A DNA stretch of 46,775 nt from assembly GCA_048938025.1 (NCBI GenBank), contig JBHLMP010000030.1:1-46775 (forward strand), read 5' to 3'. This document shows positions 9,679 through 20,020 of this stretch, one piece after another. This DNA comes from Promethearchaeota archaeon (lineage in GTDB: Archaea > Asgardarchaeota > Lokiarchaeia > Sigyniarchaeales > SOKP01). How positions within the stretch are numbered: the first letter of the stretch is position 1; each line of letters opens with the position of its first letter. The position numbers and the translations under genes are program-made. The notes beneath the pieces are model-generated. The model saw only the letters and a program-made list of their open reading frames with translations, had not been told where the DNA came from and did no database searches.

Positions 9679-10180
9679 TGAAAAAATAAACCTAAAGATC
9701 AGTAATAAACAGTTTGAGATTATCTTAAAAATCTGTTTAATTATTGGAATTATCATAATTTCAGGGTTTATAATCTATTACATTTTCACTCCTGAGCCCG
9801 GATATGTTACTTTCGGAATTCTAAATGAAGATCAGGAAGCTGAAGATTATCCAACCGAGGCGACTGTTAATGAGAGTATTCACTTTTACCTCACTGTCGA
9901 AAATTACTTAAATAAAAAATTTAACTTTCGAGTTAAAATAAAGAAAGGGGATAATTTTACGGTATTTAGTACTGTAAAGGGAACAAATGGAACTCTTGAC
10001 TTTATAAGTGATAATTTTACTTTAAAAAGTAATGAGAAGTGGATTTCTGAAAAATTGAATGTTTCATTCTCAGAAGTAGGAACAAATCAAATAATTTTTA
10101 CTGAATTGTGGCAAATCATTAACGATTTTGAAGAAAAATTTTATAGTATCCTGTGGCTCAGATTGAACGTAACCGCTTAA
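9656..10180 (+). CDS. DUF1616-like membrane-anchored protein
   Basis: One N-terminal TM helix, then FGILN...AEDYPT...LWLRLNVT beta-rich domain. ATG at 9656 preferred over TTG at 9638. Confidence 0.65.
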   Translation: MSVKGKNNEKINLKISNKQFEIILKICLIIGIIIISGFIIYYIFTPEPGYVTFGILNEDQEAEDYPTEATVNESIHFYLTVENYLNKKFNFRVKIKKGDNFTVFSTVKGTNGTLDFISDNFTLKSNEKWISEKLNVSFSEVGTNQIIFTELWQIINDFEEKFYSILWLRLNVTA

Positions 10181-10182
10181 TT

Positions 10183-11553
10183 TTATCCCCCTATTACTCG
10201 AAAATTCCCCACTTTTACATAGGGGGCCTGGAAAGAACCATAAATTTTAAATTCTTTCGATACAGCCTCTATATTTTTAAATAGGTCTAAAAGGTTAATA
10301 CCAAACATAGTTTCATTTAATGGCTCCTTAATTTCTCCATTTTTAATTAAATTTCCATGTAGAATTAGACCTGAAAAGTCTCCGGTTGAAATATTAGGAG
10401 AATCTCCAGTATAATCTAAAAGAATTCCTTCTTTGATTTCATTTATTATCTCATCTTTAGAGAGATCTCCTGGTTTCAGAAGAAAATTAGAAGCACCTAT
10501 AGAAGGTATTGAACTATAGGAATTTCGAGATGCATTGCCTGTACTTTCAATGTTATCTTTTCCAGCAGTATAACTGTTATGCAATAATCCTGTTTTAAGA
10601 AATTTTCCTCTTTCAAATATCTTTTTATTTTTACAAGGGACACCTTCACCATCAAAAGATGTAGAACCAGTAGCACCATCAATTAAAGCATTGTCTTCAA
10701 TATTTAAATAATTGGGCCCTATTATTTCTCCTCTCTTATCGATCAGAAAACTTCTTTTATATTGGAAAGATTCTGCATTAACAGCTAACGCTATTGGATT
10801 TAAAATTAAATTAATTGTACCGAAAGGTGTTAACATTAAAGTAGTTTTCATACTTTTTATTTTTATACGATTTAAGTTTCGTTTTGCTTTTTCTAAAGCA
10901 TTAATTGCTATATTTCTTGCACTTATATTCTTCAACATCCTTTCAGATTGCCAATCATAGCCAAAAGAAGTTTCATTACTAACTTTATCTTTAACAATTA
11001 TATTTGAAGATATTGAACAACTGGTCTCTTTTCCCGTTATAAATAAACCATTTGAGTTAAAAATGTGAGTTTTAGTATAATTGGATAGAAAATTACCAGA
11101 TTGAGAAATCGCTAATTCATCTTTACTGCATACGTGAATTAAATCTTCAACATATTTTAGAGATTCGTCAATTTCTAAATTTTTTAAATTATTATCGTAT
11201 AAATTCTTCACATCTGGGTACTTATTATATTGATTAGGTAAGTTCTTAAAATCAAGGTCTATAGTACCGGCATTCATCATCTTAAGAGCTATAACTATCA
11301 TCTTTTCAATTGATTTTTTTTCTACTCTATTAGTAAAAGCAAACCCTAGGGAACCTTTTTTATTAATTACTCTAATAGCGGTCCCATAATCATCTCCTAC
11401 CTCACTATTTTTTACAGAATTTTCTTCAATTTCAATATTAACATAATTATTTTTCCCAAAGAATATTTCAGCACATTTCAGATCAGAGTTACTTCGCTCG
11501 GCTAATTTTAATCCATAATTTGCCAAGCTATAAACATCAGAATTATGCTCCAT
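10183..11553 (-). CDS. pmbA: TldE/PmbA family protein
   Basis: FDGEGVP, STGNASR, STGDFSG, NGEIKEP; no HExxxH; abuts tldD. Confidence 0.92.
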   Translation of the reverse strand: MEHNSDVYSLANYGLKLAERSNSDLKCAEIFFGKNNYVNIEIEENSVKNSEVGDDYGTAIRVINKKGSLGFAFTNRVEKKSIEKMIVIALKMMNAGTIDLDFKNLPNQYNKYPDVKNLYDNNLKNLEIDESLKYVEDLIHVCSKDELAISQSGNFLSNYTKTHIFNSNGLFITGKETSCSISSNIIVKDKVSNETSFGYDWQSERMLKNISARNIAINALEKAKRNLNRIKIKSMKTTLMLTPFGTINLILNPIALAVNAESFQYKRSFLIDKRGEIIGPNYLNIEDNALIDGATGSTSFDGEGVPCKNKKIFERGKFLKTGLLHNSYTAGKDNIESTGNASRNSYSSIPSIGASNFLLKPGDLSKDEIINEIKEGILLDYTGDSPNISTGDFSGLILHGNLIKNGEIKEPLNETMFGINLLDLFKNIEAVSKEFKIYGSFQAPYVKVGNFRVIGG

Positions 11554-12999
11554 TTAATTTAAACCCCCAACCGTTATATCTTCAGTTCTTATATATGGTC
11601 CACCATCACATACTCTAATACTTTGACCACCTTTTCCACAGATTCCATCTGAATAATTCATAGTTTTTCCGATAGCAGAAATTTTATTAAGTACTTCAAG
11701 TGTTAAGCCAGAGAGAGATACATCTCGCATTAACTCTCCTTTTTCTCCATGTTCGATTTTATATGAGAGCTTACACTTAAATTGAAAATTTCCTGTCGTA
11801 GGATCTGTGTATCCATATTGAAAATCTTCACATAATACTCCATTTTTTGTATCCTCAATTATTTCTTCATATTCCCAATCTTTTGGTAATAAATAAGTAA
11901 AACCCATCCTAACTTGTGGTCTTGAACTACATGAATTTGCTCTACCATGCCCATTAGATGGAACTGCCATTCTTGAAGATGTTTCTAAGCTATGTAAATA
12001 GTTTATTAATATGCCATTTTCAATAATAATTGTTTTTTGCGAAGGAGTTCCCTCCTCATCGATAAAATAACTGCCAAATAATTCATATGGTAAATTAAAT
12101 TTTTTGCCTTGATTCATAGTCGGATCATCGATAATTTTTATATCATCCATAGCCACTTTTAATCCAATTTTTCCTTCTAATATACTTTCCTTATTTAAAA
12201 CTAAATCTGCTTCACAAGCATGTCCAAAAGCTTCATGTATGAAAGTTCCTGTTAATTTTGGATCCATTATAACTGTAAATTTACCACCAACAGGAGATTT
12301 TGCATTTAGTAAGTCTACTGCTTCCTTAGCTGTTTTTTCACTTAAGTTATTTGCTGTTTCTGTTTCAATTATCTCAAAACCTCCAATTCCTCCAATAGAA
12401 TTTATGGATCTTTGAAGGATACCTTTCTCTTTGGCATAAATTAAACTAAATAACCTTAAAAATGATAAATCTTGAACAATATGGTGCCCAAAAGAACTAA
12501 AAATCAAATCTTGGGAGTGCCCATCTAAATATAAAGTATGTGTATTTTTTATTTTTGGTGAACATTCTGAGGCGATTTTCTCATGACGCTTTACTATTTG
12601 TATTTTTTCATCAATGCCAATATCCCCTAATCTTTTTTTACAAGTAATTTTAAAATTTTTAATTAAGGGGTCTCTATTTCTAATTTTAAATTTATTTTTA
12701 CATAAAGATTCTGATAATTTAGCTAATTTTACTGCTTTTAAAAATCCGTTAATAATAGTGTTCCTATTTGGATTTTTTAGAACATTAAAACCCCAACCTC
12801 CATTAATAAAAGTTCTAATTCCACATTCGATAATTTCATATGATGATATTTCCTTGCTTTTTTGGTCAGTAAAGTCTAGATTAGTTCCCGTTTTCACTCC
12901 AATTCGAATATCCCAGTATTCAATTTTGTCTTTCGCTATTCTTTGTAATTCTTTATTTAATTTTTCATCTACTATTTTCAAATCTTCTGCGAGTTCCAA
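11554..12999 (-). CDS. tldD: TldD metalloprotease
   Basis: HEAFGHACEAD zinc motif; NGHGRA...PQVRM; CGKGGQ...GGPY. Confidence 0.94.
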   Translation of the reverse strand: MELAEDLKIVDEKLNKELQRIAKDKIEYWDIRIGVKTGTNLDFTDQKSKEISSYEIIECGIRTFINGGWGFNVLKNPNRNTIINGFLKAVKLAKLSESLCKNKFKIRNRDPLIKNFKITCKKRLGDIGIDEKIQIVKRHEKIASECSPKIKNTHTLYLDGHSQDLIFSSFGHHIVQDLSFLRLFSLIYAKEKGILQRSINSIGGIGGFEIIETETANNLSEKTAKEAVDLLNAKSPVGGKFTVIMDPKLTGTFIHEAFGHACEADLVLNKESILEGKIGLKVAMDDIKIIDDPTMNQGKKFNLPYELFGSYFIDEEGTPSQKTIIIENGILINYLHSLETSSRMAVPSNGHGRANSCSSRPQVRMGFTYLLPKDWEYEEIIEDTKNGVLCEDFQYGYTDPTTGNFQFKCKLSYKIEHGEKGELMRDVSLSGLTLEVLNKISAIGKTMNYSDGICGKGGQSIRVCDGGPYIRTEDITVGGLN

Positions 13000-13099
13000 G
13001 ATAATCTTTTTGTGTGATTATTCTATTAATTTATAGAAGAATTAATAATTAAACAAAATCTTTACGAAGTTTATTAGAAAAAATTATTATTATAAACTT

Positions 13100-13330
13100 T
13101 TAAATTTGGGTTTTTAACTCATAAAAATCCTTCTTTTCCATGTTATTCTTCAATTCCTTAATAATTGTTATTGCATTTTTAGTAGAACAAGTTCTAGAAA
13201 ATTTTAGGGAATTTTTAATAAGAAAAGATCGATTGCATTTCCAGCATTTCTTAATCCTAATCAGTCTTGCTGAATAGAACCATTCACCGCAATGATAACA
13301 ACGAAAAAAATAGAATTTATGATTAGACAT
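13100..13330 (-). CDS. Small zinc-ribbon protein (DUF1922-like)
   Basis: FRCYHCG...KKCWKCNR, two CxxC pairs. Confidence 0.7.
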   Translation of the reverse strand: MSNHKFYFFRCYHCGEWFYSARLIRIKKCWKCNRSFLIKNSLKFSRTCSTKNAITIIKELKNNMEKKDFYELKTQI

Positions 13331-13521
13331 TGTAAATTATAATTAAAAGTATGATTTATAATAGATTAAAGATAACTAGTTTTTAGGTTTTTTAAACTGA
13401 TTAATAAGAAGCATTTTATATTATTTTTTACCTCAAATACAACAATAAGAGTTAATAAATATCTAATAAAAAAGATAATATTACTATCCTTCATTTTTTC
13501 AATTAGGGAAATTAATTTTAG

Positions 13522-14892
13522 ATGAAAAAAGAAATGAGTGAGAAATTTATCCACCCAATTGAGACACGCTATCGAACTGAGATAGCAGCTCTTTTCATGG
13601 AGGAAAAAAAATTAGAATACTGGCTAAAAGTAGAAGCCGCACTAGCTAAAGTTCATGCGAATTTAGGTAATATTCCAAAAACAGCCGCTGAAGAGATAAT
13701 TAAAAAGGCTAATAATAAATATGTAAAAATTGACAGAGTTAAAGAAATAGATAGTCAAATCCACCATGATTTAATGGCAATGGTTAAGGGTTTAGCTGAA
13801 CAGTGTGAAGGTGATGCAGGAAATTATGTTCATTTAGGAGCTACTAGTTATGATATTGAGGATTGTGCTTTAGGTTTACAATTAAAAGAGGCATTAATCT
13901 ATATTGATGATGCATTAAAAAAATTATTAAAAGAATTATTAAGAATTATCTCCGATAAAAAAGATTTAGTTTGTATTGGACGAACACATGGCCAACATGC
14001 AGTGCCAACTACATATGGAATGCGATTTGGAGTATGGGCATATGAAATTGATAGACATTTGGATCGTATCTTAGAAGTTTTAGATCGTATTTCATATGGG
14101 AAAATGTCTGGTGCTGTGGGTACAATGGCGAGTTTTGGGAATAAAGGCATAGAGATCCAAAGTGGAGTGATGAAAGAATTAAACTTAAATCCTGTACTTT
14201 TAGCTAATCAAATTGTACAAAGAGATAGACATGCAGAAGTAATATTTATTACTGCCTTAATTGGGCAAACTCTTGCAAAAATAGCCCGAGAAAATCGTAT
14301 TTTACAGCGAAATGAGATAGCTGAAATGTTTGAACCATTTATACAAAATCAAGTTGGAAGTTCCACAATGCCTCATAAGAGAAATCCTCATAAATCAGAA
14401 AGAATCTGTAGTTTAGCAAGAGTCATTAAATCTAATGTTATTACGGCATTAGATAACATAGAGTTAGAAGATGAGAGAGATCTAACAAATTCTGCCTCTG
14501 AAAGAGTTATTTTTGCAGAAAATTTCATATTACTAGACTATATAATCAAACAATTAACCCGTAATCTTGAGGGAATTGAATTCAATGAAAAAAAAATAGA
14601 AGAAAACCTAAATCTTACTAAAGGTGCTTGTTTATCAGAAAAACTTATGGTAGAATTAGTTAATAGGGGAATAGGACGACAAGAAGGACATGAAATTTTG
14701 AGAAAAGCTGCAATTGTAGCCAGGCGTGAAGATAAATTTATGAAAGATATTTTGTATGAAAATCAAGTGGTCAATAAACACTTCTCTAAGGATGAATTAG
14801 ATAATTTATTGGATCCACACCAATATATAGGGAAAGCAGTTGAAATAACCGAAAATCTTTTAAAAATTTTGAAGAACAAATATAATTGGTAA
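13522..14892 (+). CDS. purB: Adenylosuccinate lyase
   Basis: HLGATSYD, GRTHGQHA, GSSTMPHKRNP. Confidence 0.97.
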   Translation: MKKEMSEKFIHPIETRYRTEIAALFMEEKKLEYWLKVEAALAKVHANLGNIPKTAAEEIIKKANNKYVKIDRVKEIDSQIHHDLMAMVKGLAEQCEGDAGNYVHLGATSYDIEDCALGLQLKEALIYIDDALKKLLKELLRIISDKKDLVCIGRTHGQHAVPTTYGMRFGVWAYEIDRHLDRILEVLDRISYGKMSGAVGTMASFGNKGIEIQSGVMKELNLNPVLLANQIVQRDRHAEVIFITALIGQTLAKIARENRILQRNEIAEMFEPFIQNQVGSSTMPHKRNPHKSERICSLARVIKSNVITALDNIELEDERDLTNSASERVIFAENFILLDYIIKQLTRNLEGIEFNEKKIEENLNLTKGACLSEKLMVELVNRGIGRQEGHEILRKAAIVARREDKFMKDILYENQVVNKHFSKDELDNLLDPHQYIGKAVEITENLLKILKNKYNW

Positions 14893-14901
14893 AAAAAAAT
14901 A

Positions 14902-16083
14902 ATGGCAGAAAATAATAATTTATACTCAAAATTGGGGGTCTCATCCAAAAAAGAAGATGTACATAAAGCAATAAAAGACGCTGATAAAGGACTTTTTCCC
15001 GGAGCTTTTTGCAAAATTGTTGAAGATGTTGCAGGTGATAAAGATTATTGTTCAATATTCCATGAAGATGGAGCAGGTACAAAATCAAGTTTAGCATATA
15101 TGTATTATAAAGAGACTGGTGAATTATCAGTCTTTAAGGGGATAGTTCAAGATGCAATTGTTATGAATATTGATGATATTTTTTGTGTAGGAGCAACAGG
15201 AGATATTTTTTTATCTAACACAATTGCAAGAAATTCTAAATTTATTACTGGAAAGATAGTTTCAACTATTATTAAGGAATATGAATCCTATAGTAAAAAA
15301 TTGTCCTCACTTGGTTTAAAAGTAAAAACATGTGGTGGAGAAACAGAAGATATAGGAGATCTAATTAAAACATTATCAATTTTTGCTTCAATTTTTACCA
15401 GAATGAAAAGAGAAGATGTAATTGATGCTAATTATATCAATAAATCCGATATAATAATAGGTTTAACTAGTTTTGGAAAAGCATCATATGAAGATGAATA
15501 CAATTCTGGGATTGGAAGTAATGGATTAACATTAGCCAGGCATGGAACACTTAGTCATGAATATTATAAGAAACATCCAGAATGCTATGATCAAAATACC
15601 GATGAAAAATTTATTTTTTTTGGCAAGTATAAGTTAACTGATATGATAAAGGAGATTAACTTAACAGTAGGAAAGGCTCTCTTATCTCCAACCAGAACAT
15701 ATGCCCCCGTATTAATTGATATATTAAAGAACTATAGAAAAGATATTCATGGTATAATTCATAATACTGGTGGAGGACAAACTAAAAATCTAAATTTTGG
15801 TAAAAATATAAAATATATTAAGAATAATCTCTTTCCTCTTCCAAAAATCTTTCAAATAATTCAGCAATCCTCTGGTACTAATTGGAAAGAAATGTATAGT
15901 GTGTTTAATATGGGCCATAGATTGGAATTGTATTGCGATGAATCGATAGCAAAAGAAATTATTAATATTGCTAAAAAGTATAATATTGAAGGGAAGATTA
16001 TCGGACTATGTGAAAAATCCCCTATTACGGATAAAAATATTATTGAAATACAATCAGAATATGGGTCTTTTAATTACAGTTAA
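14902..16083 (+). CDS. purM: Phosphoribosylformylglycinamidine cyclo-ligase (long AIR synthase type)
   Basis: DGAGTKSSLAY, GGETEDIGD, GSNGLTLARH, LSPTRTY, VFNMGHRLE; directly after purB. Confidence 0.9.
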   Translation: MAENNNLYSKLGVSSKKEDVHKAIKDADKGLFPGAFCKIVEDVAGDKDYCSIFHEDGAGTKSSLAYMYYKETGELSVFKGIVQDAIVMNIDDIFCVGATGDIFLSNTIARNSKFITGKIVSTIIKEYESYSKKLSSLGLKVKTCGGETEDIGDLIKTLSIFASIFTRMKREDVIDANYINKSDIIIGLTSFGKASYEDEYNSGIGSNGLTLARHGTLSHEYYKKHPECYDQNTDEKFIFFGKYKLTDMIKEINLTVGKALLSPTRTYAPVLIDILKNYRKDIHGIIHNTGGGQTKNLNFGKNIKYIKNNLFPLPKIFQIIQQSSGTNWKEMYSVFNMGHRLELYCDESIAKEIINIAKKYNIEGKIIGLCEKSPITDKNIIEIQSEYGSFNYS

Positions 16084-16095
16084 TATAGTTATTTT

Positions 16096-17058
16096 ATGAC
16101 CGAATTATATGATGTAATCTGTATAGGGGCTGCTCTAGTAGATATGGTTGCTAGAGTTGATAGATATCCAGTTGATGATGATGAAGTCTTTGTGTCTGAT
16201 TTAAAATTATTATCTGGAGGAGCTGCTGCAAATACAGCGTATGCATGTGCTAAATTAGGTTTAGCAACAGCTTTTCTTGGAAAGATAGGTCTTAATGATA
16301 CATTTAGTAACAAAATTATAAATGACTTTAACGAAGTTAAAGTTTCAACTAAATTAATTAAATATTCAAATGAATATGGCACTGGAACTGCTTATGTAGC
16401 TCTATCTAGAGAAGGTATTAGGAGAATATATACATATAGTGGAGCAGCTAATTACTTATCTAGAGATAACATCATAGAAATAGAAATTTCTTCAACAAAA
16501 GTAATTTTTTTAAGCAGTTTAAAAAATTTGGAGCCATTTATTGAAGCTGCAAAGATTGGCAGGAAAAATGAGATACCTGTAATTCTAAATCCAGGTATGT
16601 TAATAATTGACCAAGGCCTTGAAAATATAAAAATATTACTTGAACATATTGATATTCTTATTTTATCTCAGAAAGAGTTTTTTACTCTTATGAACATCCA
16701 AGAACTTCAGTTAAACTTAAAAATTATTAAGGAAACCATGAAAAAACTTATCGAATTAGGCATTAAAGTAATCATAGTTACGAGGGGTGAGATTGGAGCT
16801 CTATTATATACAAATCTTGGTTTTGAGTTAATACCTTCTATTAAAGTTAGACACGTAGTAGATACTACTGGGGCTGGTGATGCTTTTTCTGCTGGTTTTA
16901 TTTATGGTTTTGTTCAGAATTTAAGTTTTGAATTTGAGGTCCTTAAAAAAAATGTAAAAATTGGAAATTTCATTGCTGGAAAATGTATACAAAAATTAGG
17001 AGCAAGAAATGGAATCCCTTTTAAAGAAGATTTGAAATTAGTTTTTCCCAAAATATAA
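16096..17058 (+). CDS. PfkB/ribokinase family carbohydrate or nucleoside kinase
   Basis: GGAAANTA and VDTTGAGDAFSAGF signatures. Confidence 0.93.
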   Translation: MTELYDVICIGAALVDMVARVDRYPVDDDEVFVSDLKLLSGGAAANTAYACAKLGLATAFLGKIGLNDTFSNKIINDFNEVKVSTKLIKYSNEYGTGTAYVALSREGIRRIYTYSGAANYLSRDNIIEIEISSTKVIFLSSLKNLEPFIEAAKIGRKNEIPVILNPGMLIIDQGLENIKILLEHIDILILSQKEFFTLMNIQELQLNLKIIKETMKKLIELGIKVIIVTRGEIGALLYTNLGFELIPSIKVRHVVDTTGAGDAFSAGFIYGFVQNLSFEFEVLKKNVKIGNFIAGKCIQKLGARNGIPFKEDLKLVFPKI

Positions 17059-17127
17059 ATAATAAAGTTTTTAATTTTATAATTTAATAATTTTTTATTC
17101 AATTAAAATACGTTAAAATGATAATTA

Positions 17128-18198
17128 ATGGGGAAACCAGTATATAAAAAAAAGATCACTATTCTTAAAGAAAGATTTAGATTTTTTTTTGTAGAAGTTA
17201 TTTGGTATTATATGATTATTTTTGCATTAATCTTTCTTTCTTTAGCTTCATTAGAATTTTTTGTAGATAAAAATTCCGTCTCTTATGGAATAATATTTTA
17301 TATTGAACGCGCTATATTGATATTTATAGCAGTACCGATTGCTTTTTTTATTTCTAAATTTATATCACCACCTCATAAAAGAGAGATTATTATTGAAGAG
17401 GATATATCTCCATTTAAAGGATTTCTTAAACTTTATAAAGTAACTAAAAAGAATTATAAATATCAATTTTTATATGGATTTTTAATATTTTTCTTAGTAT
17501 TTTTACCCTTAGACTTTTTTACTTACCTTTTATTACCTGATATGATTAGCTATCAAGCTTTTTCTTTAGGTTCTAACGCAACCAACTCTTATTTATTTAG
17601 AGATTATTTTACATTTTTAATATCTGTCATTATAATTCAAATTTGTGTTTCTTTTTCAGAAGAAACAATTTTTAGAGGTTATATTACTAAATCGGGTAGT
17701 GAACATATAAATAGAATATCTGCTGTTATTATAGCTTCTCTTGCATGGGGATTAAATCATTTTGCTTATTATTTTGATCCTATAAGTAAAGCTTACCCCT
17801 CTTGGTTTCCCCTCATTTGGTTTACACAAGCATTCATAATAGGAATAATTCTTTCCCTTCTAGTTTTGAGAAGGAAATGGATATTTCCAGTAATTCTGGC
17901 ACATGCTTTAAATAATATAATTTCAGCACACACTTTGTGGAATTTTTTAGATGGAAATGATTTTACTACTATTGCTTTATTTCTTTATTATCCCTTGCTA
18001 ATTATAGGTATTATACTATTTATTTGGCAATTTCCTAGAATTAAAGAAGCTTTATCAATAGGATTCAAATTATTAAAAAATTATTTCAAAAGTGAGACGG
18101 AATATGTTGAATCCATTGGTGATAAGTTATTTATGATCTTCATAGATTTATTGATAGGGATAATCGCTTTTCTCTTGGGTTTTATGATTTTGATTTAA
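17128..18198 (+). CDS. CPBP (Rce1/Abi-like) intramembrane glutamic endopeptidase
   Basis: Multiple TM helices; EETIFRG, WGLNHF and HALNN motifs are intact. Confidence 0.9.
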   Translation: MGKPVYKKKITILKERFRFFFVEVIWYYMIIFALIFLSLASLEFFVDKNSVSYGIIFYIERAILIFIAVPIAFFISKFISPPHKREIIIEEDISPFKGFLKLYKVTKKNYKYQFLYGFLIFFLVFLPLDFFTYLLLPDMISYQAFSLGSNATNSYLFRDYFTFLISVIIIQICVSFSEETIFRGYITKSGSEHINRISAVIIASLAWGLNHFAYYFDPISKAYPSWFPLIWFTQAFIIGIILSLLVLRRKWIFPVILAHALNNIISAHTLWNFLDGNDFTTIALFLYYPLLIIGIILFIWQFPRIKEALSIGFKLLKNYFKSETEYVESIGDKLFMIFIDLLIGIIAFLLGFMILI

Positions 18199-18213
18199 AG
18201 GAGTTATATTTCT

Positions 18214-18750
18214 ATGAAAATTGGGATTATAGCTGACACTCATATAACAAATGAAGATGATCAAAAAATAATAGAGGTATTAGTATCCCAATTAAAGCAG
18301 ATTTTTAAGGATGTTGATGAAATAATCCATGTTGGTGATGTATGTGAAGAATTTTTATTAGATGAACTTAATAAAATTGCTCCTACTAAATGTGTTAAGG
18401 GAAATTTGGACAAAATTAAGGATTTAGAAGATTTTATTAAATTTTCAGTTGGTCGTTATAATATAGGAGTAATTCATCAGTTACCCCAAAATCTTGAAAA
18501 TTTTGTAAGAAAGCATAATTTACATATATTAGTTCATGGTCATAGTCATCAACCGATCATAGAAGCTACATCCTATAATATACTTCTATTAAATCCAGGT
18601 TCACCAACAAAACCAAAAGCACCTCCTCCAAAGCTTGGTTTTAAAACACCAATTGCAAGACCAAGTGTATTAATTTTAAATATCGATGAGAATGATATTA
18701 TATCAACATTTATTATAAATTTGGATAGTATAAAAAAACAAATAAGTTAA
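18214..18750 (+). CDS. YfcE/MJ0936/Vps29-type metallophosphoesterase
   Basis: ADTH, HVGD, KGNLD, HGHSH, NPGS. Confidence 0.92.
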   Translation: MKIGIIADTHITNEDDQKIIEVLVSQLKQIFKDVDEIIHVGDVCEEFLLDELNKIAPTKCVKGNLDKIKDLEDFIKFSVGRYNIGVIHQLPQNLENFVRKHNLHILVHGHSHQPIIEATSYNILLLNPGSPTKPKAPPPKLGFKTPIARPSVLILNIDENDIISTFIINLDSIKKQIS

Positions 18751-18889
18751 AATTAAATATAAAATAGTTCATATTATTTATACAAAGATACTTTAAGAAA
18801 GAGAATCTTGATAAAAATAAATCTTAGTAAAATTCTTAGTTTTTATTATAAAATAATTTCAAATTCAATATAAAAAAGAGTGTATTAAT

Positions 18890-19288
18890 TTGGTTAGTAG
18901 ATTGGAAATGGTTCTGAAGGAACTTAATGAAAATGGTAATTTTCGAGCATCTTTATTCTCCACATCTACAGGATTAGTTTTAGCATCTCAAAAAGCTGAA
19001 GATATTGATGAAAGAGTAATAGCTGCTATGGGTTCCCTATTAAGCGATGCAGCTTATAAAGCTGCTGAAGAAATGAATTTATCAGAAGTCCAAAGTATGA
19101 AAATTAAATATAAAGATGATTATATTATCTGTCGAAATATTATTATTGAAGACAGCAACACACAGTTTATATTAGCGGTATTAAGTGGATTACCAGATTC
19201 TGATGATGTTGAGAAATATTACGATCAATTGCTCGATTGGGCTGTGGATAACAGTTCCTCAGACCTTGAAAAGTTATCGACAATCTAA
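18890..19288 (+). CDS. Roadblock/LC7 domain protein
   Basis: LEMVLKEL...STSTGLVLAS...DERVIAAMGSLL...FILAVL pattern. Confidence 0.87.
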   Translation: MVSRLEMVLKELNENGNFRASLFSTSTGLVLASQKAEDIDERVIAAMGSLLSDAAYKAAEEMNLSEVQSMKIKYKDDYIICRNIIIEDSNTQFILAVLSGLPDSDDVEKYYDQLLDWAVDNSSSDLEKLSTI

Positions 19289-19324
19289 TAATTAAATTAT
19301 ATGATATATAGGATTTTATTATTT

Positions 19325-19963
19325 TTATTTTATTGATTGATAAAATTTAAAAACTTTCTCAGAAATTTGGTCCTCATAACCCCAATAAAAATGGTCCGCT
19401 CCTGAAATAATCTCATATTGTTTAGGTTCAATGTAATATTGATAATGGGTTAAAAATTTATCAATGGAGGCAATAGTGTCATTGTCTCCTTGAAGAAAAT
19501 ATTTAGGTTTTTCTGATTGGGAGAGTTCTTTATATTTAATTCCCATAAAATCCCAAGGAAAAGAGATAGCAATATAACCAATTACTTTATCTGAATGATT
19601 TACAGCAGAACATCCTATTGCGGCACCATAAGAATAACCACAAATAATAATTTTATTAAATTGTTTCTCATTTACTAAAAAATCGATACAAGCTTTAACA
19701 TCACTTAATTCTCCTCTCCCGCTAGAGTGAGTACCGGTAGATCTTCCAACAGCTCGGAAATTAAACCTGAGACATGAAATATCATTTTTGATTAAAATGT
19801 TAAAGATTGCAGATACAACATTATTAAAAAAATTCCCCCCAAATTGAGGATGGGGGTGACAAATTAAAACTACAGACTTATCTTTATTCAATTTTGATTG
19901 AAAGTATTCTGCTTCAAGTTTTATCTCATTATTTGAGATAAATCTTTTTTCAATTTCTACCAT
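19325..19963 (-). CDS. Alpha/beta hydrolase
   Basis: CHPHPQFGG, RFNFRAVG, GYSYG nucleophile elbow, QGDND, GADHF. Confidence 0.92.
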   Translation of the reverse strand: MVEIEKRFISNNEIKLEAEYFQSKLNKDKSVVLICHPHPQFGGNFFNNVVSAIFNILIKNDISCLRFNFRAVGRSTGTHSSGRGELSDVKACIDFLVNEKQFNKIIICGYSYGAAIGCSAVNHSDKVIGYIAISFPWDFMGIKYKELSQSEKPKYFLQGDNDTIASIDKFLTHYQYYIEPKQYEIISGADHFYWGYEDQISEKVFKFYQSIK

Positions 19964-20020
19964 AATTTTATTTAATTTTTTATCTATAATAATAATACTA
20001 CTTATAATTCTGCGATAAAA

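Noticed and set aside
10183-13330. TldD/TldE plus a small Cys-rich ORF as a RiPP maturation cluster
   Set aside because: The small ORF has two CxxC pairs typical of a zinc ribbon, and no YcaO, radical SAM or transporter genes are nearby; TldD/E are common housekeeping genes in archaea.
13366-13554. 62-aa minus-strand ORF upstream of purB
   Set aside because: It overlaps the purB start, is low-complexity AT-rich sequence and has no recognisable motif.
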